From Octopus vulgaris (lineage: Eukaryota), in assembly GCA_951406725.2 (NCBI GenBank), contig OX597822.1, positions 15,128,001 to 15,192,000 of the forward strand: a DNA stretch of 64,000 nt. The letters run 5' to 3'. The notes below the pieces were generated by a model, which searched no databases, was not told where the DNA came from, and saw only the letters and a list, made by a program, of their open reading frames with translations. Position 1 is the stretch's first letter. Each line of letters begins with the position of its first letter. The translations under genes and the position numbers were made by a program. Of the stretch, positions 13,702 through 27,779 are shown piece by piece.

Positions 13702-14110
13702 GCGAGCTGGCAGACAGGTTAGCGCGCCGGGCGAAATGCTTAGCGGTATTTCGTCTGCCGTTACGTTGTGAGTTCAAATTCCGCCGAGGTCGACTTTGCC
13801 TTTCATCCTTTCGGGGTCGATAAATTAAGTATCAGTTACGCACTGGGGTCGATGTAATCGACTTAATACCTATGTCTATCCTTGTTTGTCCCCTCTATGT
13901 TTAGCCTATTGTGGGTAATAAAGAAATGGGTATTTCGTCTGTCGTTACATTCTGAGTTCAAATTCCGCCGAGGTCAACTTTGCCTTTCATCCTTTCGGGG
14001 TCGATAAATAAAGTACCAGTTTCGCACTGGCGGCGATATAATCGACGCAATCCCTTCGTCTGTCCTTGTTTGTCCCCTCTATGTTTAGCCCCTTCTGGGC
14101 AGTAAAGAAA
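13702..14110 (+). mobile_element. Dimeric family-A SINE with Tx1-like 3' tail
   Basis: Full unit 13702-~13928 followed by a head-truncated second unit; each ends ...gtttgtcccctctatgtttagcc...ggg..taaagaaat. Confidence 0.85.
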
Positions 14111-14131
14111 TATATATACATATGTGTGTGG

Positions 14132-14183
<52 letters not shown>

Positions 14184-14192
14184 ATATATATA

Positions 14193-14233
<41 letters not shown>

Positions 14234-14814
14234 TTGAAGGAGGTGAAGAATAACTTTCTCTTTATGAGTTGATTCAGCCATAAGAGAATTTGAAAAACAT
14301 CTGACCATTATATTTTTTACTAAAGGTCAACTATTCAAATGGAACCAACAGGAGGACAATTTCACAAGCCCTTCATAAAACACTCCTTAAACACCTCACC
14401 ACCTTCAAACTCCACCCTCAATCAATTATCTTGTTTTTATCATTCACTCTTTTCTTTCAGCTCTTGTTCATCAACACTCCTTAACTCCTGCACTTATTAA
14501 CATACCCCAACCCCACCATGGACACACCCAAATCTCTTATCTATAGAAACACTCAGCACAACCTGAGATCAGTTTGACAATCGCCACCGACGATGCGTGA
14601 AAGTTCTCCAGATCAGTTAAGGACACTTTTTAAAATCTCTCCACTAAACTGTAAAATTATATTATTAGAAAATTAAATTCATTAGAACTACCAGTGAAGC
14701 CATTCTTTTCCTTTTTCAAAAATACCAAACTGTACCAAGTAATTCACACATTTTCCAATATGTAAATATATATAACCCAAATAAATATGCTACTAGGATC
14801 AAGGATATGTGTAT

Positions 14815-15062
14815 GCGTTTGTGTGTGTATATATGTGTGTGCTTGTGTGTATGCTTGTGAGTCTGTGTGTGTGTGTTTCTTCCTCTGTGTTTGTCCCCCA
14901 CAAGCTCTTGACGACTAGTTCGGCAAAAGAGACCAATAGAACTACCAGGCTTTAAAAAGTAAAGAAACACTCCAGTCGATTCATTCTACTAAAGTTCTTC
15001 AAGACAGTGCCCCAGCATGGCCGCAGTTTACTGAGTGAAACAAACAAAAGATAAAAGATAAA
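14815..15062 (+). mobile_element. SINE family B 3' part
   Basis: gttcggcaaaagagaccaatagaa...gtgccccagcatggccgcag...tgaaacaa. Confidence 0.7.
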
Positions 15063-15346
15063 AGGTGAACACTTTTAAGGATGAGATTTGGACGTCAGAC
15101 TTCGTCACAATTTCTGGAACTTTAAAATTCCACTTGTCCTTCAGATTTCGACGCTGAAGCATTCAACATTATATAATCTATATTTTCGGTAAGATCTTGC
15201 TGCAACAGGCTTTGTTCAATTTATGCATTTTAATAAGATTTATAATGGTGAAAATAGCCACATCCAATGTTAAATAAAATTCAAAATAAAATTAGAATTT
15301 AAAATGAAAATTAATATCAGTATGAATAGTTATGAAGGAGACAGAG

Positions 15347-15480
<134 letters not shown>

Positions 15481-15496
15481 GAAGGAGACAGAGCTA

Positions 15497-16480
15497 TTAG
15501 GTTGTTCCGAAAATAATGGCTGCGCTGTGTTTTGAAAGGCAATTTCATCATAGTATTTTAATTATATTTTAGGTGAATTTAGACATACTCAATTGATGTT
15601 TGCTCTTTAATAATTTTCTACTTATTTCAGACAGAAGATATTCTTGGCGCATAGGTGCCCTTAATTATGAACATGACAAAAAAGGATCTTCGCTTACTTT
15701 TCATGCATGAGTTGAAGCTTGGGGACAATGCCTCCCAAACTGTTGCCAATATCAGCAGAGCATGGGGAGAGGGGTCCACAGGTGATCGCACAGTACGAAG
15801 GTGGTTTCAGAAATTCCGTAGTGGTGATGAGATCCTTGAAGATGAAGAATGTAGGGGACGATCATGCAGTCTTGGCAACGAACAATTGAAACCCACGTCA
15901 AAGTGTCAGAGAAATGTCTTAGGCACTTGGTGTCAGTATTGCAACGGTCTCACGCAATCTGCAGAAGGTTGGTAAGGTGAAAAATCTCCATAAATCGGTA
16001 CCGCATGCGCTCAATGAAAATCAAAGAGCTCGGTGTTTTGAAGCGTGTGCGATGCTCTTTTTGCGAAACTCCAATGATCTTTTTCTCGACTAAATAGTCA
16101 CTTGTGACGAAAAGTGGATCCTTTATGATAACCGTAAACGATCGGATCAATGGCTTGATCGTGATGAGTTCCTCAAACATTTCCTAAAGCCAAAGTTGCA
16201 TCAGCAACAGATTATGGTGACTGTCTGCTGGTCTGCAATTGGTGTTGTCCATTACAGATTTTTGGAAGCCTATCAGCGCATTACAGCAGAGGTTTACTGC
16301 AATAAACTCGTTGAAATGAATGTTCACTTTCAAAATAGGAAACCTGTATTGGTGAATCAGCGTGGCCCAATTCTGCTACACGATAATGCAAAACCACATG
16401 TTGCAAAACTGACGCTGCAGAAACTCACAGACTTGAGAAACGAGACTTTATCACATCCTCCGTATTCTCCTCATCGATAA
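15497..16480 (+). mobile_element. Mariner transposon (Mos1/Hsmar1-like), 3'-truncated, transposase pseudogene
   Basis: TA|TTAGGTTG 5' TIR. HTH RTVRRWFQKFRSG, VTCDEKWILYDN, ILLHDNAKPH and HPPYSP motifs across shifted frames. No right TIR. Confidence 0.9.
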
Positions 16481-17004
16481 GTCCCAAATAGAGATCGCTG
16501 AAGAAAAGCATATGTATCTTTTTCTGTTAAATTTCAATAATAAACATTTTAGTTTTTTTGAAACTATAGTATCAAATGCGAATGTGTATGAAATATCAAC
16601 GAATGATATAGATGGGAAATGCAAAATAAGAGAAAAAAAAAACAGTCAATAATTTTGCCGTTCAAAAATTGCGATTTATGACATAAAATGACGTCTAGAA
16701 TTAGCCAGAACTAATAATGGTCAAGTTTAACTATTAAATATTGTTAAACACACCACTGCAAATGCAATGTCCATAAGCAATTCACTTTAAATACAACGAA
16801 CAACCAGCAGTGGGACTGTTTTTAGCAGATCCCCAAATGGGGTTCACCGCAGGCAATCGTGTAAAAGGCGGAGGTTTTGTATTTCGTAGCGCGACGTAAT
16901 TTTAAAGTGTTATATATTAGTCCCTCGACAGCTGCTACTAATTAATTGAAGAAATAGAAATGAAGTAAGAGTGGGACTTGTTATATAACCTAGTTTATGA
17001 CACC

Positions 17005-17257
17005 ATACTACTACTATTACTACTACTGCTGCTGCTGCTACTACAAGTACTGCTACAACTACTACTACAACTACTACTACAACTACTACTACTACAACTA
17101 CTACTAAACTACTACCACTACTACTACTGCTGCTGCTGCTGCTACTACTACTACTACTAGCTACTACTACTACTACAACTACTACTACAACTACTACTAC
17201 AACTACTACTAAAACTACTACAACTACTACGATTACTACTACTACAACTACTACTAA

Positions 17258-17311
<54 letters not shown>

Positions 17312-17385
17312 GCTGCTGCTGCTACTACTACTACTACTATTACTACTCTGTTATTAGTTTCATTTTTATTTGGTAGTAGTAGTAG

Positions 17386-17416
<31 letters not shown>

Positions 17417-17430
17417 AGTAGTAGTAGTAG
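17005..17430. repeat. Compound trinucleotide microsatellite (CTA/CTG/TAG/CAT)
   Basis: Direct reading. Confidence 0.95.
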
Positions 17431-17504
17431 TATATTCAATAAACATATTTACTGCGTTTGGTTGTTGTTGTTGCTCGTGTTGTTTCTATTATCTTTTGTC
17501 CCGG

Positions 17505-17675
17505 TGAAGGGCAGCGAGAGATCCCCAGGACGGCATTTCATCCGTCTTTACTTTCTGTTTTCAAATTCCACGGAGTCGCCTTTAACATTCATCCTTTCGT
17601 GGGTGTCACTAAAATAAGTACCAGTTGAATACTGGGGTCGATGTAATCGACTCCCGCATCCCCAAAATTTCAGGC
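17505..17675 (+). mobile_element. SINE family A, degenerate
   Basis: ttcatcctttcg...aaaataagtaccagttgaatactggggtcgatgtaatcgact...ccccaaaatttcaggcc. Confidence 0.7.
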
Positions 17676-18102
17676 CTTCTTCTTCTTCTCTACATAATCC
17701 AACTCCTCCCCCTCCCCTCCTTCTACCCCCTCCTCGTCCTCCTCCTACTCCTCCTCCTCCTCCTCCTCCTCATCATCATCATCTTCCACCACCGCCTTCT
17801 TCTTCTCCTCCGCTTCTTCATCCACTTCCTTATGTTCTCCCCCACGTCTTCCTCCTTATTCTCCTTCATCCCCTTCCCTTTGTTCCTTCTCCTCCTTCTC
17901 TTCCTCCGCCTCCATTGTCCCTCCTCTCCTCATCTACCACCTCCTCATACATCCCACCCACCACCACGACCTCCTCCTCCTCCTTCACTCCTCTCCCTTC
18001 ATCAACCTAGTCCTTCACTTTTAATTCCACCGCCCCTATTCTTTTCTCCTCCTCCACTTCCTCCTGTCTTCTCCTTCATCTTCTCCTCTTTCCTCTTCCA
18101 CT
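17676..18102. repeat. Pyrimidine-rich (CCT/CTT)n low-complexity tract
   Basis: Direct reading. Confidence 0.9.
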
Positions 18103-18407
18103 AGTTTTATATTCTCCATGGTTGTCTATGTATCTAAAACGAAGTAAAGTTCGTCATTCATCTTCACAGTGTTGAATGTTTGGTAATTAAATGTCATCTA
18201 ATCAGAGCTACACGCTAAAAATAATTTAGGTTAATGATTCGCAATACTCTACGGTCAAACAGAAAATTTGACATCGTTCGCACTATATTTGTGTGTAACC
18301 CAAGCAGGCGCATAAATACACAAGCATGCATACACACATACATTTATGCATACATATACACGAACATAAACACATATATAACCATTAATAATAATAATAA
18401 ATAAAAA

Positions 18408-19140
18408 TTTTCTTTATTCCCCACTGGGGGCTAAACATAGAAGGGCGGTACAAATGTGGGAGGGATCGATGGTGCGTATGCTTTCTTTTTTTTAGAGAGA
18501 AGTGAAAGGTTAAAAATTAATATGATCGAATTTAACTAATGATAAGCAAAACAAAGACACAATGAAGTGGGGGACGGGTTTTGCCTCGACCCCACAAGCC
18601 CCGTGCCACAACTGTAACCTTTAATATAACCTTATGGATACACTATGTGTGTTCATTCATTAGCAACAAACTCGCCACAGACTTCCATCTTTTTCATATA
18701 CATCAGGTGACAGGTATTTTCTCTCCATCCTTATTTCCCCTTTAAGGTGGTAGATAAGGTAAGGGACCAGTCTAAGGCAAGAGATGAATGTGTCTGTCAC
18801 GATTCCTTTCACGCGGGTCTTCCATACCGCTTCTTTCGCTATTGTGACCACAGCGAGGAAAAAAGCCTTGTCTTCTTTGTTAAAAGAGGCAGGAGGGACA
18901 AACTTTACAATCGATTCGGAAAACAACTGTACTCTTTTCAGCCGTAACAGTAGATCTTCAATGTAAATCCATATTTCAGAAATTTTGGGGCGTTGCACAA
19001 TTGCGTGCAGAATGGTATCTCTGTTCTGCTCCCGTCTTGGGTACCTGGGTGCGCAAGGGGCACCATGCTTGCAAATTCATCTCGAACTTGGAAGTCTCCT
19101 CGGTAACACCGCCAGGCTAGTACCACCTTCACCTATATTC
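18408..19140 (-). mobile_element. Tx1/L1-clade LINE 3' fragment
   Basis: FVPPASFNKEDKAFFLAVVTIAKEAVWKTRVKG aligns with IVTPPSFKREGRAIFIILVAMEKECIWWTHLKG of the 60.4-kb copy; shared 3' tail ...tgtttagccc...gtggg.ataaagaaa. Confidence 0.85.
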
Positions 19141-19844
19141 AAAGCTTACTGCAAGCCTAATTCCTTACCGAAATGCATTGCTAACACATGATTCCATCCA
19201 CTTTATAACATTGGTGTTGCACTGTAACTAAAACCGATGTGTGTAGACTCTTCACTATGTATTAATTAGCATAAATCATTTTATATGTTAATAAGCTATC
19301 GATGTTTCCAATCTATTTAATATTTAATTCAAACGCCTCTGTTGAAAATATCTTTTCAGAAACTCACTCCTGTTACTTCGACGTCTGTATTCACTGCTTC
19401 ATAAGATTCTTTCCGAAATATAAGTAACATGATGGCTTCGATCAATCATGAAATCGTGCATGTGTCTTCCGCATTATATAAATTTAATAAATATAATAAA
19501 GAACCCCGTGGTTTAGCTCATGCTTATGAAATAAGCCATAAATATTTATTATTTTCTATATAATTCTATGTAACATTTCATACATGAAAATTTCCTTTCA
19601 GACAAAAAGAATTTTGGCATATTGTCTGGAATGATAAATGAAAGCACCTGTTTCAACAATGGATTGAATCAGTAAAAGATAAATAAATAAATAAATAAAA
19701 GCAACACATATCATACGATTTATATCCATCATTTTCCAGCAAATTGTCATTGGCGGATCATTTTAATCTAGCTATTGTTCAATTAATACTAAGGTTTCAA
19801 TCTGTATATTTAGATATAGAGCAACAACTATGAGCCTTGTAATC

Positions 19845-20200
19845 TGTGAAGAACTATTGGCTTGGCAGTCTGGCAAGAATTTTGGTTCTCAACCATGTGG
19901 TTCCTAGTTAAGTCCCACTGTGTGGCACCTCGGTAATGTTTCTTCTACTATAGACTCGGTTCGACCAAAGTTTTATGAATACATTTGGCACACGGAAACT
20001 GAAAGAATCCCATATATATATAATATATGTGTATATGTGCGTGTCTGAGTGAGTGAGTGAGTGTGTGTGCGTGTGTGAGTGTTTCTGTCCGTATTTGTCG
20101 CCCACTTCTGCTTCACAACCGGCGCTGGTGTCCTTACGCGCCCCATTCAAGCAGTTTGGCGAAAGAGAGCGATAAAACAAGTATCAGCTTTAAAAAATAG
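19845..20200 (+). mobile_element. SINE family B
   Basis: aaccatgtggttcc...gtcccactgtgtggcacc...ttctactatagactcgg...acggaaactgaaagaa, (TG)n, gtttggcgaaagagagcgata. Confidence 0.75.
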
Positions 20201-21625
20201 GCCATATAAATAGGACAAACGTGTCAGGCATTATACGAACGCCTTAATGGATAAGGACAGGCATGGATCAGTATATTGATAGGCCTTTTAGAGAGCATAG
20301 CTTTTGGTAGTTGCAGCGTGCAATTTGTTGATCATGTAACGGAAATGACGAAGCCACGAAACAACTTCTGGAGAAAGTAAGTATTTAGTTTAGAATTGTA
20401 ATATTCATCCATTTAGCTGAAGGAAATTTCGCGAGTGAATTCCAAGGGTCCTGTCTATGTTGATGCAATTGTTACTTGTGTGTCCATTTCTCGCTGAGGA
20501 CAAACGCCATCTATTTAAAGAAATCGAAAATGTTTGGTAGTGAGGATTATACCATGACGAATATTATTATCGTTTTAAAAAAAGGATTTTTTAATTTAAT
20601 ATTGAAAATAATGATAACAAATATATCACGAGATGATAGAGTTAAATCGTGATCTGTATAACTACATGGATATACCAGTTCGAATATGCCTAGGGTATAT
20701 TCGAACCCGTAAAAAGCTATTCACTGTATTTTGTCGTGAAGAAAATTTCTTGCTCTTAGCAAATGGTGTAAATACACCAAAAATCAGCTCACAGCACCAA
20801 CTACTCAGACTGTGGGAGGCAAGCATTTCATTGAGCAGTGATTAGAGCTACCAGTCATTATGTTATGCAATGACGGGAATATCATACAAAAGACAATCTC
20901 TTAGCAACGCAGATTACCCTGTCCGGGTTCTGTGACTGAAGAGGAGACAAGTACACGGAAATCTCACAGTCTGGGTAGTCTTACATTTCACAGTCTGGCT
21001 AGATGGTGCTGCCAGCTGATTTTAGGTGTATTTAAAACTCTTCGTCCACAGCGAGAAAATGTTTTCTATGACAAAGCGGTGATGACGTCCTTACGCATTC
21101 GAATATATCTGAAGTGCTAACAAGTTTGTAATGATAAATATTTCCTACTGTTGGCGCAGATCTTTCATATCAGTCGGTAGAGAATAGCCGTCTATATCAA
21201 ACGTAATAATTTACTGTTACATATTTGATGAAGCCCTAGGAGGTTTCAATTTAAATAGTTGACGGCCATAGTCGAATGTTGTGGGCAAAAGGATAGTACT
21301 AAAGGACAGAATGTAATTACAGTTTTCCACAGCGATAATGGGAATTGAAAACAATGAATTCATGTATTTTTGAATAGTAATTACTATAATAGCCTTACAC
21401 GGTTATAGAAATAATGACAACCGAGTTGTGTTAGAAAGAGAAACAACGTAGCAAAGAATAACAAAATGCTAAATATATCTGATGAGGAGTGGGGAGAGTA
21501 GTGGAAGGGTGCAATCCATACGAGTTCATTGTCAATGGCTATCGACTAAGAGATATAATGCATAAATGAAATTTCAGGTATGTATACAAATAAAACTAAA
21601 GTACATCTTATTACATAAACGTTAA

Positions 21626-21691
<66 letters not shown>

Positions 21692-21730
21692 CTCTTTATC
21701 CCAGGTTTTGTCGGAGCTCCTGGAGTCTTG

Positions 21731-21924
21731 CATGCGTAGCGGGTTTACTACCTGCAGCCTACGGTACGTTGCTATTCGTTCTTTTCAGCTTAAACTTTCC
21801 GGAGTTTTATTTGATGGCTGAAAAGAACGAATAGCATGGTACTGTAGGCGACAGTAGTAAGACCGCTACGCATGTAAGCCCGCTACGCATGTAAGCCCGC
21901 TACGCATGTAAGCCCGCTACGCAT
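21731..21924. repeat. ~145-bp foldback followed by four tandem 17-mers of its terminus
   Basis: 21731-21789 is complementary to 21817-21874; gtaag(a/c)ccgctacgcat x4 at 21857-21924. Confidence 0.85.
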
Positions 21925-21989
21925 CATCATCATCATCATCATCATCATCATTATTATTATTATCATTATTATTATTATTGTTATTATTA

Positions 21990-23304
21990 GACAAAGATTT
22001 TACCACCAGAGGAAGGGTTGCGCCATGGGTACCGCCCTGGTAGTTAATTTCACTAATGTCTTCATATCAAAATTCAAAACAGTTACTGAAGACATTCAAA
22101 TCCCTACATGGTCATGAAACAATACTCTGGTTACGGTTCATTGATGACGTCTTTTTTGTCTGGGAAGGATCACAGGATAGCTTAATTGACTTCTTGCATT
22201 TCTGTGACTGTTATGCGAAAAGCTATGGATTTAAGTCCAACATAAAATTTACGTCTAGTTTTACAAAAACTAGAGTTCAATTTTTGGATGCAAAAGTCAA
22301 GTTTTCTGGAGGCAGAATAGTGACACAGTTATTTTGCAAGCCCACGTCATCCCACATTTATCTCCACAGCCGCTCCGATCATCCACATCATATTATCCGC
22401 TCAAATGCAAAATCCCAATTTTTGAGGATAAAACGGATTTTTACTAACATAGAGGATTGCTGGAAACATGCAAATTCTTTTGTATATCATTATCTCAAAC
22501 GCGGTTACAGTGAATCACGATTAAAGGAAATAGTAAATGACATAGCTAAGATTAGCAAAGACAGTCAAACTTTCACGCATAATTTTATCTAACACAATAC
22601 AATAGATGACAGAGTTCCTTTAGTGATTAGCTGGCACCGACATTTAGCTGTCATTTCAAAGGTGTTGCATGAAAGTTACCAGCAGGTGGCGAAAAAATAT
22701 GCTCGTTTCAAGCAGATATTTCCACAGCCGCCTATTGTAGCCTTTTGACAGAATAAGAATATAAGAGAATTATTGACCTCTCTATCTGACATCAAGTAAA
22801 CGAACATTGGAGTATCTGCACGCTGTACCTTAAAAAAAACAGCCGCAAGAGAAGTAAGTCCTGTTCATTGTGCACTGTTCAAAGCACGAAACACAATTTA
22901 TGTTGGTTGTAAAACAGAACAAAGGGTTTAATGGGCACAGATTCGACGCCAGGCACAATAACAGTAGTTGCTGAACATTTCGTTTCAAGCGGTTGCAATT
23001 TTGAAGAAGATTTGAAAGTGCGTATTCCCAGAAAATATTCTGAATCTATTTCACTTTCACTTCTCAGAATGTATGAGGGGAAATATGCTTGCGGGATATT
23101 AACATCACGCCCTGGAGGAATGAATAAGATGACAGGAGAATATCACCGAATTTATTCAAAACTGTTTGATTAAATATTCTTCTTTCTCTCTTTTTCTTCC
23201 CTTTTTTCTGTCGTCTTCATTTTTCTGTTTTTTCTGGCTTTTTCTTTTCGCCTGTTACAAAATTCTAACTTAAAAACTGATGTGATTCCATCAACGTGTG
23301 GACG
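21990..23304 (+). mobile_element. Penelope-like element fragment (RT C-half + GIY-YIG), degraded
   Basis: AMG, WLRFIDDVFFVW, FLD, KPTSSHIYLHSRSDHP, SQFLRIKRI, RGYS, then VPLVISWH, CSLC, IYVG, VAEHF and PGGMN motifs; stops and frameshifts. Confidence 0.85.
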
Positions 23305-23610
23305 CTGATACAAGTTGTCTCCAGGTCTCCCCCAGAGACCTCAAGATAAAACAAGTTAGAAGTTCCTGTTGGTGTTATGCTTAGAGTGTCATATAGTTGG
23401 TTTTGTACATAGCATTGTTCTAGGGAGTGCTTGAGAAAACATATGAAAACGATGCGTTTGTTTTAAAATTTTGAGATTACATAGTATTTTACGTAGGACA
23501 TGGGTAGTTCTCATGAGTACAATCTGAATTTCGGCCGTTTTGGGGTTTCCTGGTATCTGTGCTTGGTAAGAATCAGCCCCTTTTGCTATCACTCCTGCTA
23601 TTATCACCAT
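23305..23610 (-). mobile_element. R4/Dong-like RLE LINE 3' fragment
   Basis: VIAKGADSYQAQIPGNPKTAEIQIVLMRTTHVLRKIL; 3' UTR shared with 44025-44440. Confidence 0.8.
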
Positions 23611-23869
23611 CATTTTGTAAGACAATTTGATTTGGCTCGTTTTTAATTAATAAAACACTTAACTCATACACAATTTTGTTGTGTGCCTTCTTCCGTTTGC
23701 CCACTCACACGTGTATATATATAATATATACATACTTCGTATATCTAAGGAAATACATCTTGAAGAGCATAAAATGATGCATAAGCACGAATATGGGAGA
23801 AATAGTTACTATAGGACGGAGGATAAGGTTATTAGGTTGTTAGGGACGGTACTTTGCTGCTGATGTTGT

Positions 23870-23990
23870 TCTGATGACGATGATGATGCTGAGGAGGAGA
23901 ACGACGATGATGATGACGACAACGACCATGATGACTATGATGGTGATGTTCGTGATGATGATGATGATGATGATGATGACGACGACGACA
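23870..23990. repeat. (GAT/GAC)n microsatellite
   Basis: Direct reading. Confidence 0.9.
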
Positions 23991-24446
23991 GTAAATAAAT
24001 TTATCACAAGCTACGAATGACTGGTTTCTTTGGAAATGTCGACAACGCTAACCAGCTGGATTCACTGTTAGACATATTTATTACGAAATTAGAGTAATAA
24101 ATATTTCGGACTGTTGTTCTCAACAATTTCCTAATGTCTGCTTTATTTATTGAGCCATTCTCTTGCTATTTTTCAAAAGATGGGATTTATATATTTATAT
24201 ATCTTTTCGTTCCTGGCATTTAATTGAATCAGGTTTATTAGAATATATTTCATAAGATAGTGTTTTTATATTTATTTGAGATGAACAAAGCATCATTTCG
24301 CCAATAAAGGGACACTTATTTAAAATTGTTTTCATAGACAATAAAAATTTTATGCAGTCCTATATAAGTATATGCTTGTATATATATATATGTGTATGTA
24401 TATATACATTTATGTATCGATGTATGTATATACATATATAAATATG

Positions 24447-24547
<101 letters not shown>

Positions 24548-25144
24548 TATAATACTGTATATTTCTTGTAGGTTTATTCCGGAGGATTTTTATTGATTTT
24601 TATTTTTTGTGAAAACGTGTTTTGCTGTACCGGACTTAATGTTATGAAAACTATTTTGGTCTTTCAATGACAAATGATAAACTTACTATAGCCATATCTA
24701 TCATAGAACTCCATAAGAAAATAAGGTTTGTTTTCATTGTCTCACGGGGAAAACAGTTTGCTAAAGAAACCGTTGCGGAGACATTTCAATAAATATTATT
24801 CCTAATGATACAGCGAGCAAAACAAAATAACAGTTTCTGTCTAAAACAATTCGTATTATCATTAATAATTATGACGATGTATTGGTTGATTATCATATTT
24901 ATGATATAGGACGAGTATTGAAGATTCAAGGAAACTGATGATAGTCCATTAATTTATTAAGCTAAAGTGATGAAAAGAAATCTACACAAGCGATATTTTA
25001 ATTCGGAAAGAAAAATTTCAAATCCTTTACGAAACCCCGTAAAGAATATAGTCGGGTGCTGTATAGCTTTGACTATTTCGCTGCCTTTTCAGATAAATAT
25101 CTTGTCGCAATTACAATTACTGTTTAATATTATAGTTGTTAATT

Positions 25145-25355
25145 AGGCACTGAACTGGCAGAATCGCTAGCACGCCCGGCAAAATGCTTAGCGGCATTTT
25201 GTCTATCCTTCCATCCTGAGTTCAAATTCCGCTGCGGACAATCTTCATTCTTTCGAGGTCGACCAAATAAGTACCATCAGAGCCTTGGGGTCGATGTCAT
25301 CGACTTACATTCTCTCCCAGAATTGATGGCCTCGTGCAGAAATTTGAATCCAATA
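25145..25355 (+). mobile_element. SINE family A
   Basis: ggcactgaactggcagaatcgctagcacgccc...ctgagttcaaattcc...aaataagtacca...ggggtcgatgtcatcgact. Confidence 0.75.
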
Positions 25356-26987
25356 TGATTACTACTATCAGATCTTCGGTCATTTTCTGCCACAAAGTCG
25401 GACATTGATAAGAGGAGGCAGAGATTTTGGTGATTAAAGCCTTTCTTAGTGTATTACAAATATCAGTTTCAAAAAATCCAGGATGCTTAAATGAGAAGCA
25501 TAACCTCGGTTTGTGTGTGTGTGCGCGTGCGTGCGTGCGTTAGCGTGCGTGAGTACATATGCAGGTAGCAGTATTTTTGTGACGAAAAATACTAGTTACG
25601 GAATAGATATCGTGCGTAGATGTTATAATCTTCTTAATTTTATATTGCAAGGAATGTTTCCTTTGCCGTATATAACATTTTTTTATATTAAGTATTTAAT
25701 TAAACACTTGTAAATCATTTTATAAATCCTTTTGAGTTCGCTCTCTGAATAAGATTATATGATGTCCTAAATGGTTCATACTCTCCTTTTTGCAAAGGAG
25801 GCAGTAAACCTTTCAGTATTTATAAGGTAGATTCTCTTACCAGAATTATCTTGTTCTTCTAATAATGTACATCATGAATGAGTAGCTCTCTTCTCCTCTG
25901 TCGATACACTGCTATAAAATCTAATGCACCTGACAGATACATATTATAGATTCAAATCTAAATCGTCCTCCAGAAAAACATTTGGTTTAGAAATTAGAAT
26001 TTATAGAAATGATACTGGGTATAATCGTCCGACATATTATCTGCCTGAAACAAATAAACAGGGCGGAATTTTCGTTGATGGAATGCATTTCAATGTAGGA
26101 GTATTTGGTCAGTGTTGGTCTGAATTTAAATTACAAGATTCTAGGCATCCCTTAATAAGAGGTTATTCATTTGAATCAATATTGATGCAGTCGATTCACA
26201 ACGGATATTTATAATAGACTTATGTTTCCTCTTCTTCAATTTTGAAAAGAAAACTCGCGTTTTAATTGATACAATAAAATATCTAATATGTAATTACTTA
26301 GTGGTGAATGATAGGAAACGGTTCAGTGCCAAACTTTCTGCAATTCTTTAATCAATACAATCAGTTTACCTCTCGTGTTTAATGTCTGAGGGTCTCACCT
26401 TGCTAATCTTATCATGTAGTCGATTTAAACCGTTTTAAGGATTCATAAAATTGCAGAAGCCGATTTCTGTGGAATTCTTAGAGGAAATCAATAGCAATTC
26501 TAAATAGTCAGAAAATATATAAGAATCTCCCTCGTCTCTGCTAAAATATCGTTCCGTCAATCGACCCATCACATATGCGATTGTTCTCCTCAGCAGTGAT
26601 GGCTGTCTAAAAGTCTCCTCGCTCCAACGTTTGGCTGTGTCCTCCATCTCTAATGCTTTTCGTTCAGAATCTCGAATGATTCTTAAATACAATATATTCT
26701 TCCTTTGCTAAAGCGAAAACAAATTCTTTACTTGTATTGCGAAAAATGCTGCACAGAAATTGCATATGTTTAATACCTGGAACACAGATCAATGATTATA
26801 CAACAAGGAATTGCAAATTACAAGAGGTTGACAGAAGCACTTACCTAATAGAATCGGGGAGAATGTGTCACGTTCGTTGCTCCAGGACTCTTTCTTCTAT
26901 GGTCAAACTCCACCGTGGTCTAATTGAGGACTTGATACAAATATAGGAGTACCAGTGCTGATGCCTTCTCCCGCCCACCCCTCTCTT

Positions 26988-27118
<131 letters not shown>

Positions 27119-27779
27119 GTTAAAGAGGACAACAAACGTTAAGGCAAGGCAAATATCTCAAGTCATATACATTATTATTATTGGAAAAAATTTTAGTCTC
27201 ACAGATTATGGGATATTACGTTATAGGAGAAAAATAAAGCTTATATACCTTACTTTATCCTAAAGCCAATCCTTAAATCCCCTCTAACTGTATCTACCTC
27301 TCTTCCTATTTATTTACATTTCTTTTCTTTTACCACTTAATAGCCACCTCCTCTACCATTCTGTTATTGAACGTTGATATGTTCGCATCTTTTTTCTGGA
27401 CATTTATATTATCAGGACTTTAACCCCCATGGGTCTACGCAGAATTGCACCTAAGGACTTAGGAACTTATTTCTACAACATAGGAAAGTTGAACTGTGAA
27501 CTTTTATGCTTCTTTTTTCGGTCAAACTAAAGAGGTTGACCCGAGTAAAATAAGAAAATATAGTGTAATAGGTGTAAAACAACCTACTGCAAACGAATAT
27601 GAAAACAAATGCGCACTCGCGAATGGAGGTGGGGGATTGGACTTGGAAAATTCACATGATCAAACCATGACCTTTAAACTCTAGTGTTTGACCCGACCCA
27701 AAAATATTTTGATATAGTGTAATAGCTGTACAACAACATTTAGTAAACGAATAGGAAAAAATGCGCGCTCGCGAACGGG

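Noticed and set aside
20317-20382. Possible small host exon (cag...gtaagt)
   Set aside because: Splice-like signals only; no recognisable protein or partner exons
21857-21924. Regularly spaced 17-bp repeats as a CRISPR array
   Set aside because: No spacers, no cas genes, eukaryotic context
22747-22749. In-frame TGA in a PLE as selenocysteine
   Set aside because: Falls at an expected Arg position (likely CGA>TGA decay) in a copy with many other lesions
23277-23304. Hammerhead after the second PLE fragment (ctgatgtgattcca...tggacg)
   Set aside because: Core has an insertion and the GAAA/stem III is cut off by the adjacent LINE fragment; cannot be supported
25700-26950. Short ORFs of normal composition (96, 85, 69 aa)
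   Set aside because: No recognisable domain; probably very old TE debris that I cannot classify
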